A DNA stretch of 64,000 bases from Candidatus Cloacimonadales bacterium (GTDB lineage Bacteria > Cloacimonadota > Cloacimonadia > Cloacimonadales > JAFGVF01): positions 1,859,866 to 1,923,865 of the forward strand of contig OY759729.1 in NCBI GenBank assembly GCA_963662585.1. The letters run 5' to 3'. The notes beneath the pieces were generated by a model, which had not been told where the DNA came from, searched no databases, and saw only the letters and a list, made by a program, of their open reading frames with translations. Positions 9,001 to 17,109 of the stretch are shown here, piece by piece; the first letter of the stretch is position 1, and each line of letters opens with the position of its first letter. A program made the translations under genes and the position numbers.

Positions 9001-10758
9001 TTAATCTTAGAAGAGTATAAAGTTGAATATGCAGCAATTATAGAAATCAAAGATGGACAAAAAGTTGTTGCTAGTACAAAGTTATTTAGTTGGGATCAGT
9101 ATAATAATACTCTTATTTCAACTGTTAAAGGTGTTCTCTATTATGATAACTTCGTTAAGAATGTTACCTATAAAGAAGAATTTAACGATTTAACAGGAAG
9201 TAAAGAAATTACTATAATTGAATCCAAAGATAGAATTCAACCACAGTTTAAAATTGAGACTGATGATGGACAAACAGTGTTAGTTCCTCTGCAAACTGGT
9301 CTTAATGTCTTGGTTGATGACGGGGAAACTGTCCAAGTTGGTCAAAAAATCGGACAGACATCTCGTGTTACTATTAAGCAAGGTGATATTACTGGTGGTC
9401 TTCCTCGTGTTGAAGATCTCTTTGAAGCAAGAATTCCTAAAGAAAAAGCTGTTATCTCTGAAATTGAGGGAAGAATCTCAATCGGTAACTTAAAGCGTAA
9501 TGGTCGTGATATCTTTATCACTCCACCTACAGGAATCTTTGCCTTAGAAGACGGCGTAATGCAAGTTGTTGATGATCTACCAATGATTTCAACAAGCAAT
9601 ATTATTAAGTCTGGTAATGAAACTTTGTCTCCTGTTACTGGAAATATTATTTGCATAGAGATAGACGGTAAGTTAGCTAAAGTCTCTATAAAAGATGATG
9701 AAGGTAATATCAGTATAGTAGAATGCGAAGATGGTCAAGATATCGGATTAATAACCTATATTGGTCAAAGAATTCAACAGAATGACGCCATTGCTGGTTC
9801 TAAGGCTGTTGCACCTACTATAAGGATTATTCCTAGTTCAGGTGTTAAATCTAAGAGTGCTGGAAAAGTAACTAAAATTGAAAAAGTTGATGATGGCTAC
9901 CAAGTAACTGTTGAACCTAAATCTACCCGTAAAACAAGTGTAGATGTTTACACTATAAGTGATGGTCATAAGCCATTTAATCTTCTGGGAAACAATGTTA
10001 AAAAGGGCGATGTCCTTGGTGGATTCGTTCACTACATTGCATCTGGACAAGAGGCTATCTTACCAAGTGGAACAAAGATCACAAGTGGTCAGGCATTAGC
10101 AGGTAGAAACCATGTTATTCCTATCGGTAAGAGAATTATTATTCACGAAGGTGATAATGTTCATTCAGGTACTGCTCTTTGTGATGGTCCTATCGATCCT
10201 CACGATATTCTTAGAATTCGCGGTATTAAAGAATCTCAAAAACTTATCTTAGATGAAATTCAAGAAGTTTATCGTAAACAAGGTGTTAAAATCGATGATA
10301 AACACATCGGTGTGATTGTAAGACAGATGTTCAAGAAAGTAAAAATTCTTGATCCTGGTGATACTTATTTCCTTGAAGGAGATACTATTGACAAGCTTAT
10401 TGCTATGAAAGAAAATGCGAAACAAGAAGCTTTAGGTGGCAAAGGTGCTACATTCGAACAACTTCTTCTCGGCATTACTAAAACTTCTTTGTTGACAGAA
10501 TCATGGCTTTCAGCAGCTTCGTTCATGGAGACTACTAAGGTCCTCACTCAAGCTGCCGTAGAAGGCAAGGTAGATAACTTAGAAGGTCTTAAAGAAAGCA
10601 TTATTCTTGGTCACAAAATTCCTGTTGGTACTGGCTCAAAGTTCTATACCAGCAAGATCAAGGAACTAGAAAATAGCGGCAAAACGGTTGCCGAAATGGT
10701 TGAGCACTTAGCTCACGAAACTGATGACGAGTCTATGGAAGACTTGTTAGATTTTTAA
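6013..10758 (+). CDS. rpoC: DNA-directed RNA polymerase subunit beta-prime, with trigger-loop and jaw-region insertions
   Basis: 1581 aa. Zn-finger CSCGKYKKKRFAGTICDRCG, catalytic NADFDGDQM, trigger loop GEPGTQLTLRTFHIGG and ITGGLPRVEDLFEAR. GTG start preceded by GGAGG. Confidence 0.98.
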   Translation: MNRNIKREKKIENYDAVRIRIASPDAIRSWSYGEVVKPDTLNYRTLKPEKDGLFCERIFGPEKDYECSCGKYKKKRFAGTICDRCGVEVTSSRVRRTRMGHIELAVPVAHISFVKSAPSKIGTLLGLTISNLEKILVYESYVVLNPGEQDYQVGELIDTEEFYEVRDQVSRDTEFSAKIGAEAVKEMLQALNLDDIAADLRTRIKWETSTMRKQKMIKRLKVVEAFRQSGNRPEWMILEVLPVLPPTLRPLVPLDGGRFATADFNDLYRRVITRNNRLKGLIEIRAPEVILRNEKRMLQEAVDALIDNSKKARPVKGRGNRALKSLTDQLKGKQGRFRQNLLGKRVDYSGRSVITVGPHLKIYEMGLPKEMAVELFKPFIIERLEKMGTAEKTKTAKKMVEKKQPEIWKILEEVVRDYPVMLNRAPTLHRLGIQAFMPVLTEGKSLQLHPMVCTPFNADFDGDQMGCYIPLSQEARMEARVLMLSSRNLLLPASGRLAMAPSQDIVLGCFYLTMEGSPEPKEEEAVRKLKWFGSVEEMVNHYEQEEMLYDQKRNSEERRLVDIGMRTLNLHTWIRIKIKDKWVVTTVGRVLFNLALPIEIPFQNKVFDKGSLNDIAMDCFHKVGQWETAIFLDKMKETGFKYATRAGITFSFGDIIVPKKKYEIIENTQKVVDEINDTYNMGVITDNERSSRIVDSWKIATEEVTDSLMDELKISEGGYNSIYMMYLSGARGSKTQIKQLGGMRGLMDKPSAKGGGNEVIETPIKSNFKEGLSVLEFFISTHGSRKGLADTALKTAGAGYLTRRLVDVAQNAMIVEDDCGTIDGIIMSALKEGNEVIESLKDRIAGRTAVDDVEDPRTGQIIVHAGEEISTDMAEVIQKHGVLSVRVRSVLTCQSEKGICAKCYGINLSTHKPVAAGEPVGIIAAQSIGEPGTQLTLRTFHIGGTASTDVDSAAVEAKNDGYIKFENVQFVVNSQGQMISSSHLGKLFVVPEPDSELILEEYKVEYAAIIEIKDGQKVVASTKLFSWDQYNNTLISTVKGVLYYDNFVKNVTYKEEFNDLTGSKEITIIESKDRIQPQFKIETDDGQTVLVPLQTGLNVLVDDGETVQVGQKIGQTSRVTIKQGDITGGLPRVEDLFEARIPKEKAVISEIEGRISIGNLKRNGRDIFITPPTGIFALEDGVMQVVDDLPMISTSNIIKSGNETLSPVTGNIICIEIDGKLAKVSIKDDEGNISIVECEDGQDIGLITYIGQRIQQNDAIAGSKAVAPTIRIIPSSGVKSKSAGKVTKIEKVDDGYQVTVEPKSTRKTSVDVYTISDGHKPFNLLGNNVKKGDVLGGFVHYIASGQEAILPSGTKITSGQALAGRNHVIPIGKRIIIHEGDNVHSGTALCDGPIDPHDILRIRGIKESQKLILDEIQEVYRKQGVKIDDKHIGVIVRQMFKKVKILDPGDTYFLEGDTIDKLIAMKENAKQEALGGKGATFEQLLLGITKTSLLTESWLSAASFMETTKVLTQAAVEGKVDNLEGLKESIILGHKIPVGTGSKFYTSKIKELENSGKTVAEMVEHLAHETDDESMEDLLDF

Positions 10759-10777
10759 TAAAGGATGGAGGTAGATT

Positions 10778-11155
10778 GTGCCTACAATTAACCAGTTAAT
10801 TAGAAAAGGAAGAAAAACGGTTGAAAAAAGAAAAAACAACCGTGCATTAAATGAGTGCCCACAGAGAAGGGGTGTTTGTACAAGAGTGTACACAACAACA
10901 CCTAAGAAACCTAACTCAGCGTTGCGTAAAGTTGCTCGTGTTCGTTTATCAAATGGTATCGAAGTTACTGCTTATATACCAGGTGAAGGTCATAACTTAC
11001 AAGAGCATTCACTTGTATTAGTTCGTGGTGGTCGTGTAAAGGATTTACCTGGTGTGAGATATCACATCGTTCGTGGAACCTTAGACTGTTCAGGTGTTGA
11101 AAACAGAACTAACTCTCGTTCTAAATATGGAACAAGACGACCAAAGAAAAAATAG
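10778..11155 (+). CDS. rpsL: 30S ribosomal protein S12
   Basis: [30 protein letters not shown] and [17 protein letters not shown] start with a GGAGG RBS. Confidence 0.97.
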   Translation: MPTINQLIRKGRKTVEKRKNNRALNECPQRRGVCTRVYTTTPKKPNSALRKVARVRLSNGIEVTAYIPGEGHNLQEHSLVLVRGGRVKDLPGVRYHIVRGTLDCSGVENRTNSRSKYGTRRPKKK

Positions 11156-11164
11156 GAGTAAGAT

Positions 11165-11635
11165 ATGCCAAGAAAACGCAAAGCCATAGAAAGAACAGTA
11201 TTACCTGATCCAAAATATAATGATGTAATACTTAGTAAGTTCATCAACGGTGTTATGTCACATGGAAAGAAATCCATTGCAGAACAGATTGTTTATGGAG
11301 CATTTGAAATTATCGAAGCTAAATTGAAAAAAGATCCTCTAGAGGTATTTAGAGAAGCTTTAACAAACGCAAGACCTCTTGTAAAAGTTACTTCTCGTCG
11401 TGTTGGTGGTGCTAACTACCAAGTACCTGAAGAAGTTTCTGAAAAAGCAGGAAGAGCTATTGCTTTCAGATGGATTATCTCAGTTGCTCGTGGTCGTAAT
11501 GAGAAAAACATGAGAGATAAATTAGCTGCAGAGTTAATGGCTATCTATAAAAAAGAGGGTTCTACTATCAAGAAAAGAGAAGATACCCACAAAATGGCTG
11601 AAGCTAACAAAGCTTTTGCTCACTTAAGATTCTAA
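11165..11635 (+). CDS. rpsG: 30S ribosomal protein S7
   Basis: MPRKRKAIERTVLPDPKY, VGGANYQVP and a C-terminal AFAHLRF. Lies immediately after rpsL. Confidence 0.97.
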   Translation: MPRKRKAIERTVLPDPKYNDVILSKFINGVMSHGKKSIAEQIVYGAFEIIEAKLKKDPLEVFREALTNARPLVKVTSRRVGGANYQVPEEVSEKAGRAIAFRWIISVARGRNEKNMRDKLAAELMAIYKKEGSTIKKREDTHKMAEANKAFAHLRF

Positions 11636-11654
11636 TTTAATTTAGAAATATATT

Positions 11655-11688
11655 AAGCGGAAGAATTTATTCTTCCGCTTTTCTTTTT
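11655..11688 (+). terminator. Rho-independent terminator closing the rpoBC-rpsLG cluster
   Basis: Perfect 12-bp stem AAGCGGAAGAAT (11655-11666) / ATTCTTCCGCTT (11669-11680), followed by TTCTTTTT. Confidence 0.85.
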
Positions 11689-11933
11689 GGTCATTAATAT
11701 TTTAATAGACTTCTTTCCTTATAAGCTCACTTGGTTACTCTATGTTCCTTTACTGACAATTCGATGGAAAATCAAATATTTTTCGAAAAGGGTGTGAAAG
11801 AGCAGGCTGAGACAGGATGATGAGGAGACACTAAGGATATAATTATAACTTTAGTTTTGGGATAATACTATTTATCATTGACACAAAATCCTCTAGATTA
11901 ATGCTAGTAAAAAAAGAGAGTTAGGAGAATAAT

Positions 11934-12347
11934 ATGGCTAAAATAGAAGCAATTGACTTCAAGAGAAGACGAGCTATTCCTACTAAGTACAAAACCCTCT
12001 TAGTTCTATTCTGCATAATAGGAATACTAATTCACTCATACTGGAATAAAAAAAGAGTTGAAAGCTTAGTTGTTGATAATGAGACTATTATGTTTGAAGA
12101 GATTAATATGCAATCAGTAATAATAAATTTTGCTATTTATAATACTACTCAAATTGAAAAATCCGAAAAAGTAAAAATCGAGATTGTTGACCAAAATAAC
12201 TATCTTGTAACTTCGACAATAAGATATCTGGAATTTCATAGGGGACAGAATTTATTCACTGAACAGATAAAATTTAAAAGAAGATTCCCTGATATAGAAA
12301 AGCGAAGTTTAAGAGCTATAATTTCTATTCATCCTCGTCGATTATGA
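11934..12347 (+). CDS. Hypothetical membrane-anchored protein (single N-terminal TM helix)
   Basis: 137-aa ORF with AGGAG upstream. Hydrophobic segment TLLVLFCIIGILIHSYW followed by a beta-rich soluble part. I recognise no family. Confidence 0.55.
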   Translation: MAKIEAIDFKRRRAIPTKYKTLLVLFCIIGILIHSYWNKKRVESLVVDNETIMFEEINMQSVIINFAIYNTTQIEKSEKVKIEIVDQNNYLVTSTIRYLEFHRGQNLFTEQIKFKRRFPDIEKRSLRAIISIHPRRL

Positions 12348-12512
12348 TATCTAAAATCTTGCAATAGATTAACCTATGGAGCAGGACTAATAAAAGAGAA
12401 AAGAGATTCAAGACTAAAGTAAAGAAATATTCCAAAGAAAATGCCTATTATACCTATTAAGGAATATAATTTGCATTAGTATAAAACTAAAATATTACAT
12501 TAAGGGAAAAAA

Positions 12513-13694
12513 ATGTCATTTTTGATCTTAGCAACTATATTATTAATAGTTTATTGGGTTGTAGAGTACTATATGCATTTAAAAAATGTAAAAAAAGTAC
12601 CTATAAGGATTCATGTCAATGGAACACGAGGTAAATCTAGTGTAACTCGTTTAATAGCAGCTGGTTTTAGGGCTGGTGGTATAAGAACTGTAGCCAAAAC
12701 AACAGGTACTCTTCCTCGTATTATTCACCCTGATGGTAGGGAAAGTGCCATTGTTAGGTTAATGGGTGCTAATATTATTGAGCAAAAGTATATTTTCAGA
12801 AATACTGTTGCTATGAAACCAGAAGCTATTATCATCGAATGCATGGCGGTAAATCCAATTTATCAGTGGATTGTTGAAAGAAGATTAGTAAAAGCATCTA
12901 CAGGGGTGTTAACAAATGCCAGACTTGACCATACTGATTTAATGGGAGAGACTGTTGCTGATATTGCGAAAAGTTTATCTAACTTCTTCCCACCAAATAA
13001 AGTCTGTTTTACTGCCGAAAATAATGATAAAATATTTGCAGTTTTAAATAAGCGAGCAAAAAAATTTGGTACAGATCTACAACAAATTTTACCTAAAGAT
13101 GTTACTAAAGAAGAACTTCTGGGATTCTCTTATATTGAGCATGCTGATAATGTTCAATTGGCTCTTAAAGTTTGTGAAGCTCATGGGATTAAGAGGAGTG
13201 TCGCTCTCAAAGGTATGCAAAGTGCAATTCCTGACCCTGGTGCATTAACTCAACATAGAGTAGTCGAGGGAAACAAAACTTTGATGTTCTATAATGTTTT
13301 TGCAGCTAATGATCCAGCATCTACAGAGTTTTTATATCACAGAATTACCGATCATATTCACGAAGGAACAAAGTTTATTATCTTAAATTCTCGTTCTGAT
13401 AGGTTCTTCCGTACAGATCAACTTTTAGAAGTATGCAAAAATGTTGAGTTTGATTATTTATTACTTACTGGTGAATCACCTCAAAAAGCTTATGATCATG
13501 CTATTGATTTAGGTATTGAGAAGAAAAAAGTGATTAAGTTAGGTCAACCTTTGGTACATCAAATTTATGAGAAGATAGTTTCTTTAACAAATAAAGAAGC
13601 TCACATAGCAGGTATCGGTAATATTGCCGGTGAAGTTAAATATGGTGCTCAGATAGTAGCTCATTTTAAACATTTAGAACAGAAACAAAAATAA
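12513..13694 (+). CDS. pgsB: Poly-gamma-glutamate synthase PgsB/CapB (amide ligase)
   Basis: N-terminal TM helix, then a Mur-ligase-type P-loop (HVNGTRGKSSVTRLIAAG). Length (393 aa) and overall pattern match PgsB/CapB. It is followed directly by a PgsC-like gene. Confidence 0.85.
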   Translation: MSFLILATILLIVYWVVEYYMHLKNVKKVPIRIHVNGTRGKSSVTRLIAAGFRAGGIRTVAKTTGTLPRIIHPDGRESAIVRLMGANIIEQKYIFRNTVAMKPEAIIIECMAVNPIYQWIVERRLVKASTGVLTNARLDHTDLMGETVADIAKSLSNFFPPNKVCFTAENNDKIFAVLNKRAKKFGTDLQQILPKDVTKEELLGFSYIEHADNVQLALKVCEAHGIKRSVALKGMQSAIPDPGALTQHRVVEGNKTLMFYNVFAANDPASTEFLYHRITDHIHEGTKFIILNSRSDRFFRTDQLLEVCKNVEFDYLLLTGESPQKAYDHAIDLGIEKKKVIKLGQPLVHQIYEKIVSLTNKEAHIAGIGNIAGEVKYGAQIVAHFKHLEQKQK

Positions 13695-13719
13695 TTAATT
13701 ATATAATAAGGAGAAATTG

Positions 13720-14166
13720 ATGGTCGAGGCTGCCGTTGGTTTAGGTGTGATTGTAAGTTTAATCTTCACAGAATTATTAGGAGCTTCAGCCGGTGGAATA
13801 GTTGTTCCAGGCTACTTAGCTCTCTATTTAGATCGTCCAGTTCAGATTTTAACGACTTTATTAGTTGCTTTAGCAACTTGGTTGTTAATAAGATTTATTT
13901 CCTCTTTTACTATTCTCTATGGAAAAAGAAGAATGGCATTAAGTATCTTACTTGGCTTTATCTTAGGCTGGTTAGTTACAGGAATGAAACTCAATGTGTT
14001 AAGCTTTAATGTTGAATCAGTGGGATATATTATTCCTGGTTTGATAGCCAACTGGTTAGAAAGACAGGGAGTGGTAAAAACTATGTCAACAATGATTATT
14101 GCAGCTGTTTTAGTTAGAATAACTTTAATGGTATTATCAGGCGGAGAGGTGAATTTCCATGTTTAG
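13720..14166 (+). CDS. pgsC: Poly-gamma-glutamate synthesis membrane protein PgsC/CapC
   Basis: About 148-aa polytopic membrane protein with the characteristic N-terminus GLGVIVSLIFTELLGASAGGIVVPGYLALYLDRP. ATG 13720 is 6 nt after AAGGAG (the track starts at TTG 13717). Confidence 0.85.
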   Translation: MVEAAVGLGVIVSLIFTELLGASAGGIVVPGYLALYLDRPVQILTTLLVALATWLLIRFISSFTILYGKRRMALSILLGFILGWLVTGMKLNVLSFNVESVGYIIPGLIANWLERQGVVKTMSTMIIAAVLVRITLMVLSGGEVNFHV

Positions 14167-15238
14167 ACCATCATTAAGAACAAATTTATCATTAACTTTA
14201 TTAGCAGTTTTTGCCATATTACTTTTTATAATTATTGGTTTAAGTAAGGGTCCAGATTTTGAAGCACAAAAAAGTGCAGCAGAAAGAATGGAAAGATCTT
14301 TTGAGAAAATATCTCTTCAATTTAAAAAACTCGTGAAAGAAGATAAAGTAAATTGGGATAAGAAAATAGACCCAGACCAATTAGGTTTAATCGGACCAGA
14401 GACAAGTCCGATAATCACTAGTAGAGCTGTCTTAACAGAAAAACAAAGAGCTATAAATCCTAATTTAGCTGCAGTGTTTGTAAAATGGTTGAAAGAAGCT
14501 AAATTACAAGCTGGAGATTTTGTAGCTGTTGGTGTCAGTGGATCTAGTCCTTCTGTAAACATTGCCCTTTATTCAGCAATGAGAGAATTAGAATTAAAAC
14601 CAGTAATTATTACTGCTTTAAGTTCATCTCGTTATGGAGCTTCTAATGTTAATTTTACCTGGTTAGATATGGAAAAAGCTATTTATAGTGAAACTGGATT
14701 CTCAACTTATGCTGCTTCTCGTGGTGGAAATAGAGATATTGCTTCTGGTATGAATAGCGAAGGTAAAGAGATACTTGGTGATATTATTCACCAAAATGAA
14801 CTTCAGTTGATTGAAGGAAACAGAGCTCGTATTGTAATGTTTGAAAAAGCCTTACCTAAAGGAAAAGAATACAAAGCATTTATTAACATAGGTGCATCAG
14901 TTGGTAATGTAGGTTCAGTGGTTTCTGCTGGATTATTAAAAGAAGGTGTAAATAGAAGTTTACCTGAATTAGAAGCAAAGGGTGTTTTAGATTATTTCAA
15001 TGAGAAAAATATTCCGATAATCCATTTCTTCAGAGGACAAGATACTTTTGATGAATACTATTTGTCAGAAGTAAATGCAGATTCTCAAAAAATCGGTAAA
15101 GGTATTGTTTACGGATATAGTTGGACAGTAGCTTTAGTATCTTTGATATTATTAATTTTAGCAATTGCTTTAGTAATTATCTTTGATAGACATGATAGAC
15201 ATTTTATGGCTAATATTATTAGTCATCGAGAGGATTAA
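14159..15238 (+). CDS. PGA-system bitopic membrane protein, a non-canonical partner occupying the pgsA/capA position
   Basis: 359 aa with TM helices at both ends (LSLTLLAVFAILLFIIIGL; WTVALVSLILLILAIALVIIF). Overlaps the pgsC stop. It does not look like the CapA/PgsA metallophosphatase-type protein. I recall a TIGRFAMs family named poly-gamma-glutamate system protein for such partners, but this is unverified. Confidence 0.6.
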   Translation: MFRPSLRTNLSLTLLAVFAILLFIIIGLSKGPDFEAQKSAAERMERSFEKISLQFKKLVKEDKVNWDKKIDPDQLGLIGPETSPIITSRAVLTEKQRAINPNLAAVFVKWLKEAKLQAGDFVAVGVSGSSPSVNIALYSAMRELELKPVIITALSSSRYGASNVNFTWLDMEKAIYSETGFSTYAASRGGNRDIASGMNSEGKEILGDIIHQNELQLIEGNRARIVMFEKALPKGKEYKAFINIGASVGNVGSVVSAGLLKEGVNRSLPELEAKGVLDYFNEKNIPIIHFFRGQDTFDEYYLSEVNADSQKIGKGIVYGYSWTVALVSLILLILAIALVIIFDRHDRHFMANIISHRED

Positions 15239-15239
15239 A

Positions 15240-15746
15240 ATGAGAAAAATTCTGATTGTAGGATTTATATTATTAATTTCTAGCTTACTTTTTGCTGAAG
15301 GGGATGAGTTTAAATCTAGACACTTAACTCCCTTAAACAGTGAAGCAGTAATTCAAGTAATTAATAATGATAGTGAGAGTGGTAGAGATTATTTTATCTT
15401 TAGTGATACTCTCGCTTTAGAATATGAAGTTGAAGAAGGTTATGAAGTTTATGGCTTTGTCAGAACTGTAGCTTCAGATGGCTTAGAACCAGATTTAAAT
15501 ATCTATATTGATGAAACTTTATCAATGTTGCTATCAGTCTTGGTTGATAAATCAATTAAGTACACTTCAAAAGAGTATTCAGACTTATCTAGAGCCAAGA
15601 AATTATATATTTCTCCTCAAGATAAAGCATGTAAAATTCGCTTAACAACCTCAAGCAAGTTGCCTTTGATGATTAGAATGTACACAAAAAAAGCAACTTT
15701 GTTAAATAAATTAGAACTTAAAAATAATTGGGATTTGAGAATATGA
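15240..15746 (+). CDS. Secreted hypothetical protein
   Basis: I start it at ATG 15240 (MRKILIVGFILLISSLLFAEG signal peptide), 1 nt after the previous stop, rather than the track start at 15183. Confidence 0.6.
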   Translation: MRKILIVGFILLISSLLFAEGDEFKSRHLTPLNSEAVIQVINNDSESGRDYFIFSDTLALEYEVEEGYEVYGFVRTVASDGLEPDLNIYIDETLSMLLSVLVDKSIKYTSKEYSDLSRAKKLYISPQDKACKIRLTTSSKLPLMIRMYTKKATLLNKLELKNNWDLRI

Positions 15747-16738
15747 AGAAATTCTTAGTATTAGCTATTTCCTTGTTTGCAGTTATTAGTCTCTATTCAG
15801 AAATCTCTCTAACTTTTACTAATAGCTCATCTTATAGCGATAATGTTTTTCAGTTATCAGATAAAGATTTAGATGCTCATGATGCGGGAACTGCTTTCAG
15901 TTATATCGAAACCAGTGATGACTTGATAAATAACTCAAGTTTGAGTATTTATAGCAGAAATCAAATTGGTAAGGTTCGATATGACTTCTTTGTAAGAGGC
16001 GCTTATAATGCTTATCTTAAAAATACTGATAAAGCTAATGCTGCTATCTCAACAGGTTTTGGCATTGATAGTAGAAACTTTAATAGCTCTATTATGTATG
16101 GTTATTATCCTGATAACTATGTAAGAAAATATCAAGATAAAGATGGTTCAGGAGATTATGAAAAATTTGAGTATGATAAAAACTTATATAAATTCGATGC
16201 TGAATATAGATTTACTAGAAAGGCTTATCTTTTAGCTTATCTTAAGTATGAACAATACTATCATAATGAATATTTTACTGAATATGATGGTGATGCTATT
16301 ACTCCAGGTATCGGACTTAAATACTCCTTCTCTGAATTATATTTAGAAGGCTGGTACTACTATCGCAGTTATGAAACTCACGATGAGATAGTGCCTGATG
16401 ATGAAATCTCTGATCAATCATACGAAAGTAATACCTATTCAGTTCAATTAAAAATGAAGAAACTTAAAACAAGAAAATTCGAATATCGCCCTGTATTTGA
16501 TTTCAGATATGAAAAAAGATATTATGATGGATGGGATAAATATCATAATGGTAGAGAAGATGATACTATCACTATTAATCCTTCTGTTAAGTTCTATTTA
16601 ACCGATTATTTGAACATTACTCTTGACTATACTTCAAAAATAAGGAATGTGTCATCTGAGAGTCAAAGTGTAGAAGACAGCAAATCTTATCAAGAAAACC
16701 AGATGTCTATCGCCTTTGAGCTACCGATAAAATTATAA
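15743..16738 (+). CDS. Predicted outer-membrane beta-barrel protein
   Basis: ATG 15743 overlaps the previous stop (ATGA). Signal peptide MKKFLVLAISLFAVISLYS. Tyr/Asp/Asn-rich alternating pattern typical of OM barrels, similar to the barrels associated with exopolymer systems. Confidence 0.55.
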   Translation: MKKFLVLAISLFAVISLYSEISLTFTNSSSYSDNVFQLSDKDLDAHDAGTAFSYIETSDDLINNSSLSIYSRNQIGKVRYDFFVRGAYNAYLKNTDKANAAISTGFGIDSRNFNSSIMYGYYPDNYVRKYQDKDGSGDYEKFEYDKNLYKFDAEYRFTRKAYLLAYLKYEQYYHNEYFTEYDGDAITPGIGLKYSFSELYLEGWYYYRSYETHDEIVPDDEISDQSYESNTYSVQLKMKKLKTRKFEYRPVFDFRYEKRYYDGWDKYHNGREDDTITINPSVKFYLTDYLNITLDYTSKIRNVSSESQSVEDSKSYQENQMSIAFELPIKL

Positions 16739-16753
16739 CTTGAGGTGTACATT

Positions 16754-17029
16754 ATGTTTAAGAGTGAGTCAAACAGAGAGAAGATTAAAGAGTTTCTCTA
16801 TTTAATCGAGAATGAGAAAGTTGATTTAAAACGCTTCACTCGACCTGTGTTGGTTTGGACTATTAAAGATCAAAGAGTAGGCTATACTATTTGGGAAGAG
16901 GATTTACTCCATAGATTCGGATTGGAAAATGTTGATGGTTGGGATTATGATGAAGACATAAGCTTCGCTCCTGACTGGGTTTTAGATGACGACGATTTAT
17001 TATTCGATGATGATGATGACGATTTTTAA
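16754..17029 (+). CDS. Small cytoplasmic protein with a poly-Asp C-terminal tail
   Basis: ATG 16754 with GAGG 8 nt upstream. The product ends DWVLDDDDLLFDDDDDDF. It is followed by a terminator. Confidence 0.6.
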   Translation: MFKSESNREKIKEFLYLIENEKVDLKRFTRPVLVWTIKDQRVGYTIWEEDLLHRFGLENVDGWDYDEDISFAPDWVLDDDDLLFDDDDDDF

Positions 17030-17057
17030 AATTAAAAAGAAAAACTGAGATTATAAG

Positions 17058-17088
17058 CAAGAGTGTGTAAGAACACTCTTGTTTTATT
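17058..17088 (+). terminator. Rho-independent terminator after the PGA-associated cluster
   Basis: Stem CAAGAGTGT (17058-17066) / ACACTCTTG (17073-17081) with loop GTAAGA, followed by TTTTATT. Confidence 0.8.
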
Positions 17089-17109
17089 ATAGGACAAGAG
17101 AAGGAAAAT

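Noticed and set aside
122-10547. Antisense or off-frame ORFs inside the rplA, rplJ, rplL, rpoB and rpoC regions. Examples are 122-580 (-), 860-1198 (-), 1123-1548 (-), 2059-2547 (-), 6576-6794 (-), 7722-7979 (-), 9342-9656 (-), 9838-10050 (-) and 10365-10547 (-).
   Set aside because: They fully overlap strongly supported conserved genes and their products are low-complexity. These are typical shadow ORFs of a low-GC genome.
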